DNA of 64,000 bases, taken from NCBI GenBank assembly GCA_964016885.1, contig OZ024747.1, forward strand, positions 93,744,001-93,808,000, read 5' to 3'. Below the pieces are notes generated by a model. It saw nothing but the letters and a program-made list of their open reading frames with translations. It did not search any database and had not been told where the DNA came from. Below, piece by piece: positions 36,757 through 50,039 of this stretch (position 1 is the stretch's first letter; the number at the start of each line of letters is the position of its first letter). Source of the DNA: Eledone cirrhosa (taxonomy: Eukaryota). The position numbers were made by a program, and so were the translations under genes.

Positions 36757-36819
<63 letters not shown>

Positions 36820-36822
<3 letters not shown>

Positions 36823-39800
36823 TCATCATCATCATCATCATCATCGTTTAACGTCCATGTTCCATGCTTGCATGGGTTTGGACGGGAGTTTTCCCACTTG
36901 AGGCAAGAGTGGTTGTCTTGCTCGCATAGGACTGTCTGGCGGGTTTTCTACAGTTGGATGTCCTTCCTAACACCAACCACATTTACAGTGTGGGGCTGGG
37001 AGGTTTTTACCGTGTTGCCTACACGGCCACATTACAGCGTGGACTGTCTGGCGGGTTTTCTACAGCTGCATGCCCTTCCTAACACCAACCACATTTACAG
37101 TGTGGGACTGGGAGGTTTTTACCGTGTTGCCTACACGGTCACATTACAGCGTGGACTGTGTGTTTTTTTGTCGTGACACCTACACGATCTCATTTGTTTC
37201 GGACTGGATGTTGTGGTAGCAACATAACTTTACATTGAAAGGGGCGGTGTGGATGGGGTGGGGTGGTGGGACGGGGGTGTATTTTGTTAGAGATGCCTAC
37301 TGACTGTAGTAGGTTTTACTTTGTATTTAGGTAAAGCGGGTCTTCTCTATTACTGAGTACCGCCAAAGCTCTCGGTCCAGTGACATTGTCTTGGAGAGGT
37401 GTAAGTGTGTGAGGTCGGAATTTATCAGCTCGTCCCAGGTTTTTCTGGGTCTGCCTACTCCGTGGCTACCGTCTATCTTTATTGCCCTGCACTTTGCTAT
37501 ACAGCTGTCGTCTTTCATGCGCAGCACGTGACCATACCAACGTAGCCTTCTCTCGAGTAAACAACATCTGATCCCTCTTATTTCTAATTTTTTCCTTAGT
37601 TCGTTTATGCTTTGCCGTTCACGTATATTACTATTACACATCCAGCGGAGCATGCAAGCTTCGTTCCTCTCTAGTCTGCGTATATCCTCTGCACACAATG
37701 CCCAGGTCTCACTGCCATGCAACATTGCTGTTCGTATGCAGGCATCGTATAACCTGCCTTTCATTTTTAGGGAGAACCCTCTAGCGGCTAATAGTGGTAT
37801 AAGCTCTCTGAACTTTTTCCATCCAGTTCTGACTCTAGCTACTGTACTTTCGGAGCACCCTCCCCCACTGCTGATTTTGTCACCCAGGTAACGGAAGCTG
37901 TCCACTATTTCTATAGAACCCTCTGCGCAGTTGAAAGAGCTAGTATTTTGTGGGCACTTGCTGCTACTTATTGCACCAGAGCACCGGCCACATGTAAAAT
38001 CTGTGTTCTTAGTTAGCTTACCTGTGATCCCACTACATCTTTTATGCACCCATACTTTGCATTTGGGACATAAAATGGAGTTTCTACCTACGCCTTTCCT
38101 ACACACTGAGCATGGCCATTTCCCGGAAGGGACCGGCGCCTTATTTTTTTTCCTACAAACTAGAACTTTAGTCTTAGCCAGGTTAATTTTAAGGCCTTTT
38201 GATTCTAGGCCGTGCTTCCATGTTTGGAATTTCTTCTCTAGCTCGGCCATTGATTCAGCTATGAGCGTTAGGTCATCTGCGTATAGGAGTTCCCATGGGC
38301 AGCCGGTCTTGAACTCCTCTGTTATAGCCTGAAGAGCAATAATGAATAGTAGGGGGCTAAGAACAGAACCCTGATGGACACCAACTTTTACGCTAAACTC
38401 TTCACTATATTCGTTGTTAATTCTAACCTTGCTCACTGTTTCTTTATACATGGCTTGTATAGCTCTCACAAGCCATTTGTCAACACCTAGTTTTCTAAGA
38501 GTCCACCAGATAATGGAACGGGGGACTCTGTCGAAGGCTTTCTCCAAGTCGACAAAGGCTAAGTATAGGGGTTTACTTTTAGCTAGGTACTTCTCCAGTA
38601 GTTGTCATACAATGAAAAGAGCGTCTGTGGTACTTTTGCCTGACACAAACCCGAACTGCATTTCATCTAGATCGATTCTCTCTCTGATTAGTTGCATTAT
38701 TACTTTTTCCGTGACCTTCATGACCTGGTCGATTAATTTAATCCCTCTATAGTTTCTCCTATCTAGGGCGTCTTGTTTACCCTTGTAACAGTTAATGATG
38801 ATGCTGCTACGCCAGTCCTTCGGAACAACCCCATTCTGTATGACTTGGTTTACTATCCGGGTGACCATGGTGTGTCCCACCGTTCCAGAGGCCTTCAGCA
38901 TCTCAGCAACTATTTCCGAAGGCCCAGCCGCCTTACCCGTCTTCATATCTTTGATTGCCTTACTTATTATACTACCTTCAACTAACACTGCTGGTCCCTC
39001 TATTGGATCGATCTGGGGGAGACTATCCTTCTCCCATTTATTCTCCTCATTTAGTAGCCTCTCGTAGTGACACTTCCAAGCGACCTTCTTATCAGCGTCA
39101 GTGATGGCGAGTACGCCATCATCATTTAGTACACACTTCTCCCCAACAATATCACGGTTTTCCTTGACACATTGCCTAGCAATCCTGAACACCTCACGTT
39201 GTTGGTCCTCGCGTTGTAGAACATGCTTGAACTTTCTTTCCTCTGCTTCCCTTCTTGCGAAGTACACTTGTCTCCTAGCTTCCCTCCTGGCCACTTGATA
39301 GTCTTCTCTACTTCCCCCATCCCGCCATATTTTCCAAGCCTGCTTTTTGGCCTTAATCGACTCCTCCACCTTACTGTTCCACCACCATGTTACTCTCCTC
39401 CTGCCTATAGGCCTGCTCCGGCCACAGACTTCGTCTGCCGCCATCAGCAGGTTTGCTTTCAGGAATTCCCACTGTCCCTCTATATTGTCCGACTCTAAAT
39501 GCTCTTCCTTACTGTCGAAAGCATCAAGTAATATGCTTTGAAATTTATTTCTGGCTGTGGGGTCCTTTAGCTTCCATATTTTTCTCTTGAGGATAGTCCT
39601 CTTCTGCTGTCGAGTACGTCTCGTCCTGACTATGAGGTCGCTAATTATCAGTCTATGTTGGGAGGTGCATTCTTCATGGGGGAGGGATTTAGTGTTTACA
39701 ACAGTCACTCTGTCACGTCTTCTGGTAAGGATATAATCTACCTGGCTGGTATGTTCCCCTGATCTGTAGGTGATCAAGTGATTGTCTCGTTTTTTGAAGT

Positions 39801-40256
39801 TAGTGTTACAGATTGTTAGGTTATTTGCGTCACAGAATTCCAGGATTCTGGAGCCTTCCTCATTTCTAGTACCAAACCCATAGCCTCCATGGATTTCATC
39901 ATAGCCGTCACAATGTTGTCCAACGTGACCATTTAGGTCGCCAGCAATAATTATATAGTCACTGTCGGTTATTTGGGAGGTAGTGAGCATCAGTGTCTCA
40001 TAGAAAGTGTCTTTTATAGCGCCAGGCAGTCCGGATTGGGGCGCGTACGCAGATATTATCGTCACAGTAGTTCTATTTAGAACAAGTCTTATTTTAATTA
40101 TTCTGTCGTTTACTCTATTTACGTCTATTATCTTATCCACCCATTTTTCTGCTAACATGATTCCTACCCCACCCAGCCCATTGTCATTTCCCACCCAGAA
40201 AAGCTTATACCATCGTTTTTTGCCCACAATGAATCTACCAGACCCACCCCTCCACC
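36820..40256 (-). mobile_element. RTE-clade LINE copy 3, 5'-truncated
   Basis: ORFs 38605-40227 and 37327-38547 are split by a single TGA; PHD present; duplication in the 3' UTR; flanked by (TA)n. Confidence 0.95.
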
Positions 40257-40474
40257 ATATATATATATATATATATATGTAGATAAATCTACCAAGAGTT
40301 TACGGTAGTGTCCAATCCGTATGAAGAACTCAATGTAATCCGGATATCATGGAAAGAAGAGATGCAATGAAAAATCACTTTCGGTGAAAGATAAACGGAA
40401 TACAGAGTCAAGATAAAATATAAAAAAAATAATGAATAAAACAATGAAACAGTTCCTTATATTAAACAAAAAAA

Positions 40475-40629
40475 TTCATTATTTAACGATCGTTTCTAGG
40501 ATATATATGTGTTAGAATTGGCATGCATATTCAACAGATCTATGTACAAAATTATACAAAATTATACAAACTATCAAAATTAAATATACATACCAAACAC
40601 ATATATATGCCGTCTTCAGAAATAATGAA
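40475..40629 (-). ncRNA. Type I hammerhead with long stem II
   Basis: Minus strand ttcattattt-CTGAAGA-stem II (13-bp atatatatgtgtt/aacacatatatat)-GAA-ACGATCGT-T-aaataatgaa; stem I is 10 bp. Confidence 0.78.
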
Positions 40630-41023
40630 ATATATTTATTGATAATAAGAACAATTCAAAATTTCAGGTCTGTTTGGGAACAGAGTTCAAATTGACCAAT
40701 GAAAATACAAAAAGTTTATGCAGTTAGGTGTGTGTATATACATGTAATTAACTTCGTTCACAGATATGCATAAAGATATATGTTCACATGCATACGCATG
40801 CCAAAAAGATGTATATATATATTTTTACACATATATACACATACACGCATACATATATATATATACATATATACATACATTCACAACACACGTATATATA
40901 TACACACATATATATATATACACATATATACATATATATATATATATATATACACAGACACATCTACACACATATATATATAAACACACTCATATATATA
41001 CACACATACACATACATACCCAC

Positions 41024-41076
<53 letters not shown>

Positions 41077-41077
41077 T

Positions 41078-41174
<97 letters not shown>

Positions 41175-41271
41175 CATAAACACACACATACACATATACA
41201 CACACACACATACACACACATACACAGACACATATATAAAGATATATATACACACACACACATATAATAAA

Positions 41272-41307
<36 letters not shown>

Positions 41308-41318
41308 CATATATATAC

Positions 41319-41349
<31 letters not shown>

Positions 41350-41359
41350 CATACACATA

Positions 41360-41770
41360 TGGTGGCTGCCAACTCGTTTTCGAGTATGGCCACTACTTTA
41401 TATCCATGTAGGAGAACCCCTACCGATGCGCTGAACGAGTGTGACTTTTTAGTCCAGCCAGCGACTTGAAAACTCTGGTACAAACACTACACTTGTGACA
41501 ATTATTGACACTTAGTGCTGGGCCCATGGTATCATGTGACGACAAATGCAGGGAGATCTCCAGATATAAAGCAATGCCTGTGCCGTGAAGCTTTTATAGT
41601 GAGCAAAGGCACTGCACAAAGCCAGTCCCACTCTCTTAACCAAGATGATATTTACCAAAAAGAAGAACACGTCAACATCATTGGATACCATCAGAGTTGC
41701 AGGTGTTATATCAGAGTTTTCCTTCTCCTAGAATTCTGCCTTGACAAAGGCTAAGGGGTCATCTCTCCCA
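41360..41770 (-). mobile_element. Bipartite RTE-derived element, 5'-truncated
   Basis: Near-identical to 11981-12387. Confidence 0.85.
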
Positions 41771-41840
41771 TATACATACATATATACATACATACATACA
41801 TATATGCATACATATATGCATACATACATACATACATACA

Positions 41841-41876
<36 letters not shown>

Positions 41877-42178
41877 TACATACATATATATATATACATA
41901 CATATATATATATACATACATACATATATACATATATACATACATACATATATACATACATACACACACATATACATACATATATATATACATACATATA
42001 TACATACATACATATATACATACATATATATATACATACATACACATATACATACATATATACATACATATATATATACATACATATACATATACATACA
42101 TATATACATACATACATATATACAAACATACATATATACATACATATATATATACATACATACATACATACATATATA

Positions 42179-42214
<36 letters not shown>

Positions 42215-42454
42215 TACATACATACATATATACAAACATACATACAAACATACATATATACATACATACATATATACATACATACATACATATATATATA
42301 CATACATACATATATATATACATACATACATATATATATACATACATACATATACATATACATACATACATACATATATATATACATACATACATACATA
42401 TATATATACATACATACACATATACATACATACATACATACATACATACATACA

Positions 42455-42488
<34 letters not shown>

Positions 42489-42498
42489 CATACATATA
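41771..42498. repeat. (TACA)n/(TA)n compound microsatellite, tail of the element at 42499
   Basis: Directly visible. Confidence 0.95.
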
Positions 42499-43053
42499 TG
42501 GTGGCTGCCAACTCGTTTTCGAGTACGGCCACTACTTTATATCCATGTAGGAGAACCCCTACTGATGCGCTGAACGAGTGTGACTTTTTAGTCTCAGCCA
42601 GCGACTTGAAAACTCTGGTACAAACACTACACTTGTGACAATTATTGACACATAGTGCTGGGCCCATGGTACCATGTGATGACAAGTGCAGAGAGATCTC
42701 CAGATATAAAGCAATGCCTGTGCTGTGAAGCTTTTATAGTGAGGAAAGGCACTGCACAAAGCCAGTCCCACTCTCTTAACCAAGATGATATTTACCAAAA
42801 AGAAGAACAAGTCAACATCATTGGATACCATCAGGGTTGCAGGTGTTATATCAGAGTTTTCCTTCTCCTAGAATTCTGCCTTGACAAAGGCTAAGGTGTC
42901 ATCTCTCCCGGTGATTTTGGAAGGCCATTGACTCTTAAGAGCTCCTTTGCCCTTTGACAGGTTTTGTTTTTAGTCCTGCAGGATGTCCAAAGTCACCCTC
43001 CTCACCAAGAAACCTTGGTGGGGTTGCCAGTTTAGTCGCCAACGACCCGACCA
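42499..43053 (-). mobile_element. Bipartite RTE-derived element
   Basis: Near-identical to 11981-12550. Confidence 0.85.
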
Positions 43054-43090
43054 TGAGACAGGTTGTACTGGTATACATACACATATACAC

Positions 43091-43163
<73 letters not shown>

Positions 43164-43168
43164 ATATA

Positions 43169-43243
<75 letters not shown>

Positions 43244-43246
43244 ATA

Positions 43247-43365
<119 letters not shown>

Positions 43366-43379
43366 ATACACATATACAC

Positions 43380-43414
<35 letters not shown>

Positions 43415-43523
43415 TTATATATATATATATATTTTATATATATATATTATATATATATATACAAATACAATATATATATATTGTATATATATATATATAT
43501 ATATATACAATATAATAACAAAT

Positions 43524-43911
43524 GGAGGCACATGGCTTAGTGGTTAGAGCATTGGCCTTGCAATCGAAAGGCTGTGAGTTCAATTCTCACACTGGGTGAT
43601 GTGTTGTTTCCTTGAGCAAGACACTTTATTTCACATTGCTCCAGTTTACTCAGCTGTAGAAATGAGATGATAGGGACTCGGGTCCCTATCATTCCACTGT
43701 AAAGTGGTCGTGGAGGTGCCACGGCAAAAAAGCACCCAGCACTCACTGTAAAGTGAACGTGGAGGTGCCACGGCAAAAAAGCACCCACCACTCAATGTAA
43801 ATGAGGTTGGTGTTAGGAAAGGCATCCAGATGTACAAATCAAGCCAGAATCATGTCCCGTCCCACCCTTGCAAGCAGGGAAAAGCGGACGTAAAATGATG
43901 ATGATGATGAT
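43524..43911 (+). mobile_element. tRNA/CORE-like SINE (2 internal units)
   Basis: Same head, core and tail as 18774; ends ~25 bp from a MEI1 donor site. Confidence 0.9.
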
Positions 43912-43936
43912 ATATATATGCAGTAGATTTACTTAC

Positions 43937-44035
43937 AGTGGTAGACCAGTTTACAATCAAAGGCAGAGGATCTGTTCACCATTGGCTTCTCCAAGAATCT
44001 TGTTATTGTTGGTAGTATGGTGCTGATGTTGGTAG
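43937..44035 (-). CDS. MEI1: MEI1 internal exon (A-TNISTILPTITRFLEKPMVNRSSAFDCKLVYH)
   Basis: tttcccag|CT...CACT|gtaagt; 99 nt, phase 1 to 1, open; KLVYH aligns by recall with human MEI1 KLLHQ. Confidence 0.8.
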
Positions 44036-44052
44036 CTGGGAAATATATTTAG

Positions 44053-44089
<37 letters not shown>

Positions 44090-44129
44090 ATATTAACAAA
44101 TGGAAACTATATTTATAAAACCATATTTA

Positions 44130-44191
44130 TTTTATTATACATATTTCAAGGGCTACCAAGGCAAATTATGGTGCTCTTTCATCAGATAAAA
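44130..44191 (-). ncRNA. Type I hammerhead, family B copy 4 (sense to MEI1)
   Basis: Minus strand ttttat-CTGATGA-aagagcacca...tggtagccctt-GAA-ATATGTAT-A-ataaaa. Confidence 0.72.
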
Positions 44192-44259
44192 TACAATACA
44201 GATTAGTTTTATAAATAAATATTGACTGAAAAAAAGACAACCTTAACGGTTGGAGCTTA

Positions 44260-44524
44260 TATGTGAGGTAAAGCCTTTACTGTGAAAATACAATAGTTTA
44301 TATAGAGTAATGTTAATGTTATGTGAGATATTATGTGAGGTAAAGCCTTTACTGTGAAAATACAATAGTATATATAGAGTAATGTAAATGTTATGTGAGA
44401 TATTATGTGAGGTAAAGCCTTTACTGTGAAAATACAATAGTATATATAGAGTAATGTAAATGTTATGTGAGATATTATGTGAGGTAAAGCCTTTACTGTG
44501 ACAATACAATAGTATATATAGAGT
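44260..44524. repeat. 72-bp array, left flank of the Tx1 element
   Basis: Same unit as 23065. Confidence 0.9.
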
Positions 44525-44761
44525 GATTTCTTTATTTGCCACTAGGGCACAAAAGGTAGGGACAGATACAAGGGGGGAAGTTTACATATAATTAACGAGT
44601 ACAAAAATATAACAATGAAATAACAACAACAAACGAAGTCCTCAATAGGGAGGGGGCATTAACATGGGTCGCACACACCCCGGAAAAAATGTGCAACCCT
44701 TCTCCTCAGGAGCACAAAGAGTAGGTGCTTCCCTCGTCTCCTCTTTTTCCTCTTCTTTCAC

Positions 44762-47700
44762 CTACAGGCTGATATAGAGAGAAGACCCATTCACTCTGGC
44801 CATTCTACCTACTTTCACCCACCTTTCATAAAACTTGCTGGGGTAGAGCACCTCTCTCTCCATTCTGATCCTTCTTTTAAAATGGTATTTGAAAAAGGGG
44901 ACCAGTTGTTGGCCGGAGAGAAAGGTGTCTGACCTCTGCCCTTTCAGCCTCGTCCACCATACAACTTCTTTAGCCATGGCTATCACACAGAGAAAAACCG
45001 CCTCTCCTTCGTTTTTGAAAGGGGGAGGTGGTTTGATCGTGACAATGGACTCGGTGGTCAACCGGATTGGTGCCACCCTCGACAGTAGTCGTTCCACATA
45101 GCCCCACAGGTCAGCAATGCCTGGGCAGTGTACGAATGCGTGCGCAACGGTTTCGTCGTCATGCACGCATCTCGGACAGATCTTATTCAAAGGATCCCTA
45201 CCCAGGCTCCCATGCCTGTGGAGCTTGTCTCGAACGGGTAGAGCCCCTCGGTAGCACTGCCAGGCCAGGGACTTTTGGAAGTTGTCCATCGGTCCAGGGC
45301 CAAACGTCCTACCGAACAGACTGGCCAGATCATCTTCCTCCATGCCTAGAGCTTCTCCGAGAGCATCGTCGCACCTGCTGCGTACCAACCCTCTATAGAA
45401 TGTCGAGGTGGAGTCTCCTCTGATTGCCGGGTCCGCTTTCCAGAGGGCCGTGAGCGCCTGGGCACATTCAATGTGCCAGTCGCCCACTTTTCTCGGTCTT
45501 TGCTTGACCCAGGATTGCAGCTCGGTGAGCGAGACGAGTCTGGGAAAGGCTCGCCTCACAAACGGGGCCCACACCGGTTGACCGGTGAGGAATACCTGGA
45601 GGTGCCGTAGCCTTAATGCGTGTTTACGCATCTGTAGCCACGGCATCCCCAGCCCTCCTTTCGAAGGGTGTTGACAGCAGATGGATCTCCTCACCAAAGG
45701 GGTCCGCTTGTTCCAAAGAAATTGGAACAGCGCGCACTCCATTTTGGCGAGTCTTTTCACTGGGCAAGGCACAACAGTCAAGCGGTAGTAGATGACGGAT
45801 GCTATATAAGTATTCGCCACCTCCGCTCGACCTTTCAGGGATAGTTTGCACTGGGCCCACTTCTGGGTGAGTGCAAACACCCTGGCCGTTACCTCGTTCC
45901 AGTTTTTCTCCACCTGGAGGTCTGGTCCGAACCAGACCCCAAGCAGCTTCCCCGGGCCCTCCGTCCAGCGTCCGACGACGTCATTGGAGGGCATCGGTTT
46001 GCCTCTCCATGTTCCGAGTTGCAAACCGACGGACTTGTCCCGGTTCAGCTTGGCTCCTGTAAACCTTTCATATTCCTCTAGTAAGGTGCCGATCTCACCG
46101 ATTTGCGAGGTTTTCGACACCATTACTGTCACGTCATCGGCGTAGGCCGACGCCGCTTTCTGCAATCCCGGTTCCAAAGGGATGCCCTGCAACCGCTCCA
46201 ACTTCCGCAGTAGTGGCTCAAGAGCCAGCACATACGGAAGGGAGGAGAGAGGGCATCCCTGTCGGATGGATCGCATGATTTGGAACGGCTCCGAGAGGTG
46301 GCCGTTCACCTTGACCCTTGAGCAGACGTTGCTGCTGTGCATCGCAGCAATCCAACCCCTGAAAACGGGTCCGAAGCCTGCCGCCGCGAGCACCACATCC
46401 AGGTAACGATGGTCAACCCTATCGAAAGCTTTAGATTGATCCAAGTTGATCAGGGCCCCACCAAAGCCGGGTTCATTCCCTACCCTCTCTATGATGTATC
46501 GCATAAGGTGGAGATTGTCGTGAATGGACCTGGACGGGATTGCGCATGTCTGCGCTTCTCCCACCAGGTTTCCAACGACAAGCGCCAACCTCTTCGCTAA
46601 CACCTTGGCCAAAATCTTTAACTCTGTATTTAGCAGAGTTATGGGCCTGAAGTTACTTATGTCATCCCCCTTGTTCTCATCCTTCCTCACCAGCATAACT
46701 ACGCCCTTGGTCACAGAACTGGGAATTCTCCCGTTCTGCTGCCAGTTGCAGTAGATCGCTTCGAGGATATCAGAGAACAAGTCCGGCATCGCTACATATA
46801 GCTCGTATGGTAGACCATCGAGACCCGGGGATTTGCGTTTGCCGCATTGGCTCAGCGCCGCCCCTATCTCAGCAGCTGAAATCGTCCTTTCGCAGGGCTT
46901 CGCCTCCGCGTCCGAGAGGCGAGGCAGACCGTCGAGGTATGGATTGAAATCCATAGTCTCACCTGGCGCGCCGCCCCTCTCGAACAGTCGTGCAAAGTGC
47001 CGCTGAAAGGCCGCACACATCTGCCCAGGCTCAAGGATCACACGCCCATCCTGGTCCTTCAAAGACCGAATCGTGGACTTGTTCCCACTTTTTGCCTCTG
47101 TCACTTGGGCCCAGCTAACAGCTTTGGCTCCCTCATTACCCAGAGCACGTATTTTACTCCTGACAACGCAGCCTTCATGCTTCACCTCAAAGAACTGGTC
47201 TAAGGCCATTCTTGATGCCAGCACGCCGGCTACATTGCCACTCCTAATCGCCTCTTCTACTCTATTTACTAATTCCCTTTCCGTCTTGTTCCTATCCCTT
47301 GCTAATTCCTGACTAAAACCTATCGATTCTATTCTAATTGCTCTCTTAAGAGAGCTCCACCACCTGTTGTTGACAATTGCCCCTGTCAAACTCTGCTTAA
47401 CTAACGTGCTAATCCGTTTACTGTAAGCTTTGCTTGTCGGTAAGGACAAGTTCAGCTTCCAGTAACCGGGTCCCTGTCTATGGGTTCTATCAAGGTCGGC
47501 TATGCAGGTCACTAACTTGTGATCCGAATAGTCAACCATGAACATTTTTGGACAGCTAAATGTGTCCCTATCCTTCTCTCTAACTAGGACCCTATCTAGG
47601 TACGACCTAGATGTTCCGCTGCGATTGGTCCACGTCCATAGTGGTACAGTCGGAAAATCTAGTCGATATCTATCGGCCAGGTCAAATCGGCCGATTAACC

Positions 47701-48199
47701 TTTTGAGTCTTTTACACCCCCCTCTATTGGCACATGCCCCTACATAGTCCCAACGTGCATCCAGGATACCATTCCAGTCCCCCACTAAAAGCAAGGAGCG
47801 GGACGTTCCCAGAAAAGTTTCCAGACGTTGGAAGTATTCCAGCCGCGCTGCCCAAAAAGGGGCGTACACAGCAATTAGTCTAAGGGCTCCACTTTCACTA
47901 CTGCCGACGTCTAAAACCACCAGTCGACCGTCCGGGTCCAGGTGCACCTTCTGTATGGCGAGGCCCAGGTGTTTTCGCAGCAGAACGCCAACTCCACCCC
48001 CATCCCCCGGTTGACAGAGAGATGCGAAGATCTCAAAGTCGTCGAAGAGGGGCGCCAGTTGGTGCTCGCTGCTGATCCTGGACTCGCAAATAGCCATTAC
48101 ATCCATTCTATGCGACCTGAGATCGTTTAAAAGTTTGCCTTGTTTCCAAGACAGTCCCAGGCCGCGTACATTCAGACACCCAACTCTTATATCAGCCAT
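44762..48199 (-). CDS. Tx1-type ORF2: APE endonuclease, RT and C-terminal zinc-binding domain (1145 aa)
   Basis: LNVRGL, GDWN, YLDR, SDH, GPGYWKLN, SPGLDGLPYE, NFRPITLLN, DQSKAFDRV, RQGCPLS, YADD, CPRC...ETVAHAFVHC. Confidence 0.95.
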   Translation of the reverse strand: MADIRVGCLNVRGLGLSWKQGKLLNDLRSHRMDVMAICESRISSEHQLAPLFDDFEIFASLCQPGDGGGVGVLLRKHLGLAIQKVHLDPDGRLVVLDVGSSESGALRLIAVYAPFWAARLEYFQRLETFLGTSRSLLLVGDWNGILDARWDYVGACANRGGCKRLKRLIGRFDLADRYRLDFPTVPLWTWTNRSGTSRSYLDRVLVREKDRDTFSCPKMFMVDYSDHKLVTCIADLDRTHRQGPGYWKLNLSLPTSKAYSKRISTLVKQSLTGAIVNNRWWSSLKRAIRIESIGFSQELARDRNKTERELVNRVEEAIRSGNVAGVLASRMALDQFFEVKHEGCVVRSKIRALGNEGAKAVSWAQVTEAKSGNKSTIRSLKDQDGRVILEPGQMCAAFQRHFARLFERGGAPGETMDFNPYLDGLPRLSDAEAKPCERTISAAEIGAALSQCGKRKSPGLDGLPYELYVAMPDLFSDILEAIYCNWQQNGRIPSSVTKGVVMLVRKDENKGDDISNFRPITLLNTELKILAKVLAKRLALVVGNLVGEAQTCAIPSRSIHDNLHLMRYIIERVGNEPGFGGALINLDQSKAFDRVDHRYLDVVLAAAGFGPVFRGWIAAMHSSNVCSRVKVNGHLSEPFQIMRSIRQGCPLSSLPYVLALEPLLRKLERLQGIPLEPGLQKAASAYADDVTVMVSKTSQIGEIGTLLEEYERFTGAKLNRDKSVGLQLGTWRGKPMPSNDVVGRWTEGPGKLLGVWFGPDLQVEKNWNEVTARVFALTQKWAQCKLSLKGRAEVANTYIASVIYYRLTVVPCPVKRLAKMECALFQFLWNKRTPLVRRSICCQHPSKGGLGMPWLQMRKHALRLRHLQVFLTGQPVWAPFVRRAFPRLVSLTELQSWVKQRPRKVGDWHIECAQALTALWKADPAIRGDSTSTFYRGLVRSRCDDALGEALGMEEDDLASLFGRTFGPGPMDNFQKSLAWQCYRGALPVRDKLHRHGSLGRDPLNKICPRCVHDDETVAHAFVHCPGIADLWGYVERLLSRVAPIRLTTESIVTIKPPPPFKNEGEAVFLCVIAMAKEVVWWTRLKGQRSDTFLSGQQLVPFFKYHFKRRIRMEREVLYPSKFYERWVKVGRMARVNGSSLYISL

Positions 48200-48204
48200 G
48201 TTGG

Positions 48205-49830
48205 TTAAAAGAGGAAGGACCTACCTGTTCGGCTCCTGAGGAGCAGGTTGCACAATATCCATGGGCTGTATTGGAGGGGTTGTTTGGTGGGGTGTTGTTC
48301 TGTGGTGGAGTGGGGGTGTTTGGTGAGGTGCGGGTGGGGAAAGAAGACGCGGTTATAGGGTCGAGTACATGTTTTCCCCACGTCCTCAGGAAAGTTCTCT
48401 CTTAGTTTTGCATAGGTGTCCATTGGGAGTCTTATCATTTTTAAATGCGGTTTGTTGGCCGCACTTGCAAAGAATTGCCCTTCAGTTTCCACCGAAGGGT
48501 CTTTGTGTATTGTTTTTACTAGTTCTTTGTTATTTGTGTTAATGTATGTATACTGTTAATGTATGTTGGTGGTTGTGTGTTTGTTTCGTTTATGTTCATG
48601 TGGTGCTTTCTTTTTTTCCTTTTTACAGGTTGGAAGGGTCCCCCCTCTTCGTCACTAGGTGCCGTTTCAGCTGGGTCCTCGTCCGTGCTGTTGGGTAGTG
48701 GTGTATTTTGGGGTTTTGTTGTGTTTGTGTGTGTTTTTGGAGTTGTTTTGGGTGGGGCCGTGTCTTGTGTTATTTTTCCGTGTTGTTTTTGTTGTTGTTG
48801 TGGTGGTGGTGGCAGTGGTGGTGTGTGGGGTGTAGGCAAAAGAGCCTTTTTTTTTGTCAATTGAGGACAGGCAGCCCTTAGATGACCCCTGCTTGAACAG
48901 TAGTAACATATGGGCCTCCTACCCTCGGCTGAAATGTATATAAATGTTTCTCCATCGAGGGACACCCTCTGTGGTATTCTAGCTATTCGTTCTGGTCTCA
49001 TTTGGACCAGAACCTCCACGCTCAAACTGCCGAAAACGTCTGTTGTGACTTCTCCTACTGAGAGGATTCCGTCCTCGTCTTCTAAAAATCCTGTTAGTAC
49101 CCAGGAAATGCATGCATTTGGCCGGATTCCGGAGACCCTTATTTTCTGTGTTCTTTTCCCTAAATATGTGGGGAAAAATGTGTGTAGCTTGGAAACAATT
49201 GGCACCACAGAGTATTTCCTGGCCGTCAATTGATCCTTCATTAGCACCGTTATATTCCCATAGAGTGGCCCTTTTTGTATGAACGATATATCACTCCACA
49301 CATTTTTTAGGACCAGCTCAAATTCTTTTTGGGATAATTGAGCTGGTTTCCTTGTTATGTTGGAAATTGTTCTGAAAGATATCGTTCTTAGTGTCGTGTC
49401 TCTTTTGATTTCTTGTGGGGAGGTGATTGAGAAGTCTCCTCCTTCTTTGAAAGTTACATACTGTTTTGCTTCCTTCATCTTTTCTCTCAGAGTTGTAATG
49501 TCCAGTTGCTTGCAGGTCTGTGTTTTCCGGACCGCCTGTGCAAAGGAGGCACCAGTAGTGGGTTCGCTTTGTTTGGTGTTATGGTTATTTTTTCCTTGGT
49601 TGGTGTTGTGACTATTGCTGTTATTGTCATTGTTGTTTTAGTCTGTGTTTATGTGACTTTCTGGGTTTTCACCCATTTTTACAAATTTTTCTTTTAATTC
49701 CGTGTTCCATGTTTCTTTTGCAGAAGTGAGGCGGGAAGACTTAGAGCCTTGTGCTTCTAGCTTCTCTGTATCACCTTTATTAGGGGGCGTGGCTTTCTCA
49801 TTAGGATGAGATGTGAAAATCCCGTCCATT
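48205..49830 (-). pseudogene. Tx1 ORF1 (gag-like CCHC), disrupted
   Basis: An in-frame TAA at 49638 separates same-frame segments; a stop and frame change occur near 48519; CX2CX4HX4C knuckle and basic KRKKRK motif. Confidence 0.8.
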
Positions 49831-50039
49831 TCTATTAGTTTGCCGTAATAAATTTTTAACTGGAAAATTCGCCCCAAAAAGGGGCGAAAATAAATAAACT
49901 CAAAGTTTGACGACCAGGGCAAGGGGTTAACGTATATTACAGTATAAAAAAATTAATCAAAACTCACTTTTGAGTAAGTAAATCCAACTCGGTAGCCGAG
50001 CTTGTTCACACACGTCAACACACGTCTCTCGTATACGAG

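Larger units (their letters stand above)
32991..36761 (+). mobile_element. Penelope-like element, Naiad-type, near full length
   Basis: Inverted segment 32991-33185 (reverse complement of ~33546-33741); direct pLTRs 33184-33633 and 36312-36761; RT and GIY-YIG ORF between; flanked by (TA)n. Confidence 0.92.
44525..50039 (-). mobile_element. Tx1/L1-clade non-LTR retrotransposon, full-length-like
   Basis: 5' UTR, ORF1 with CYYCSSRGHLRAAC knuckle, intact ORF2, 3' aataaagaaatc; flanked on both sides by 72-bp units. Confidence 0.93.

Noticed and set aside
44889-48130. Many short plus-strand ORFs over the Tx1 and RTE elements
   Set aside because: Antisense or alternative-frame shadows of the retrotransposon ORFs.
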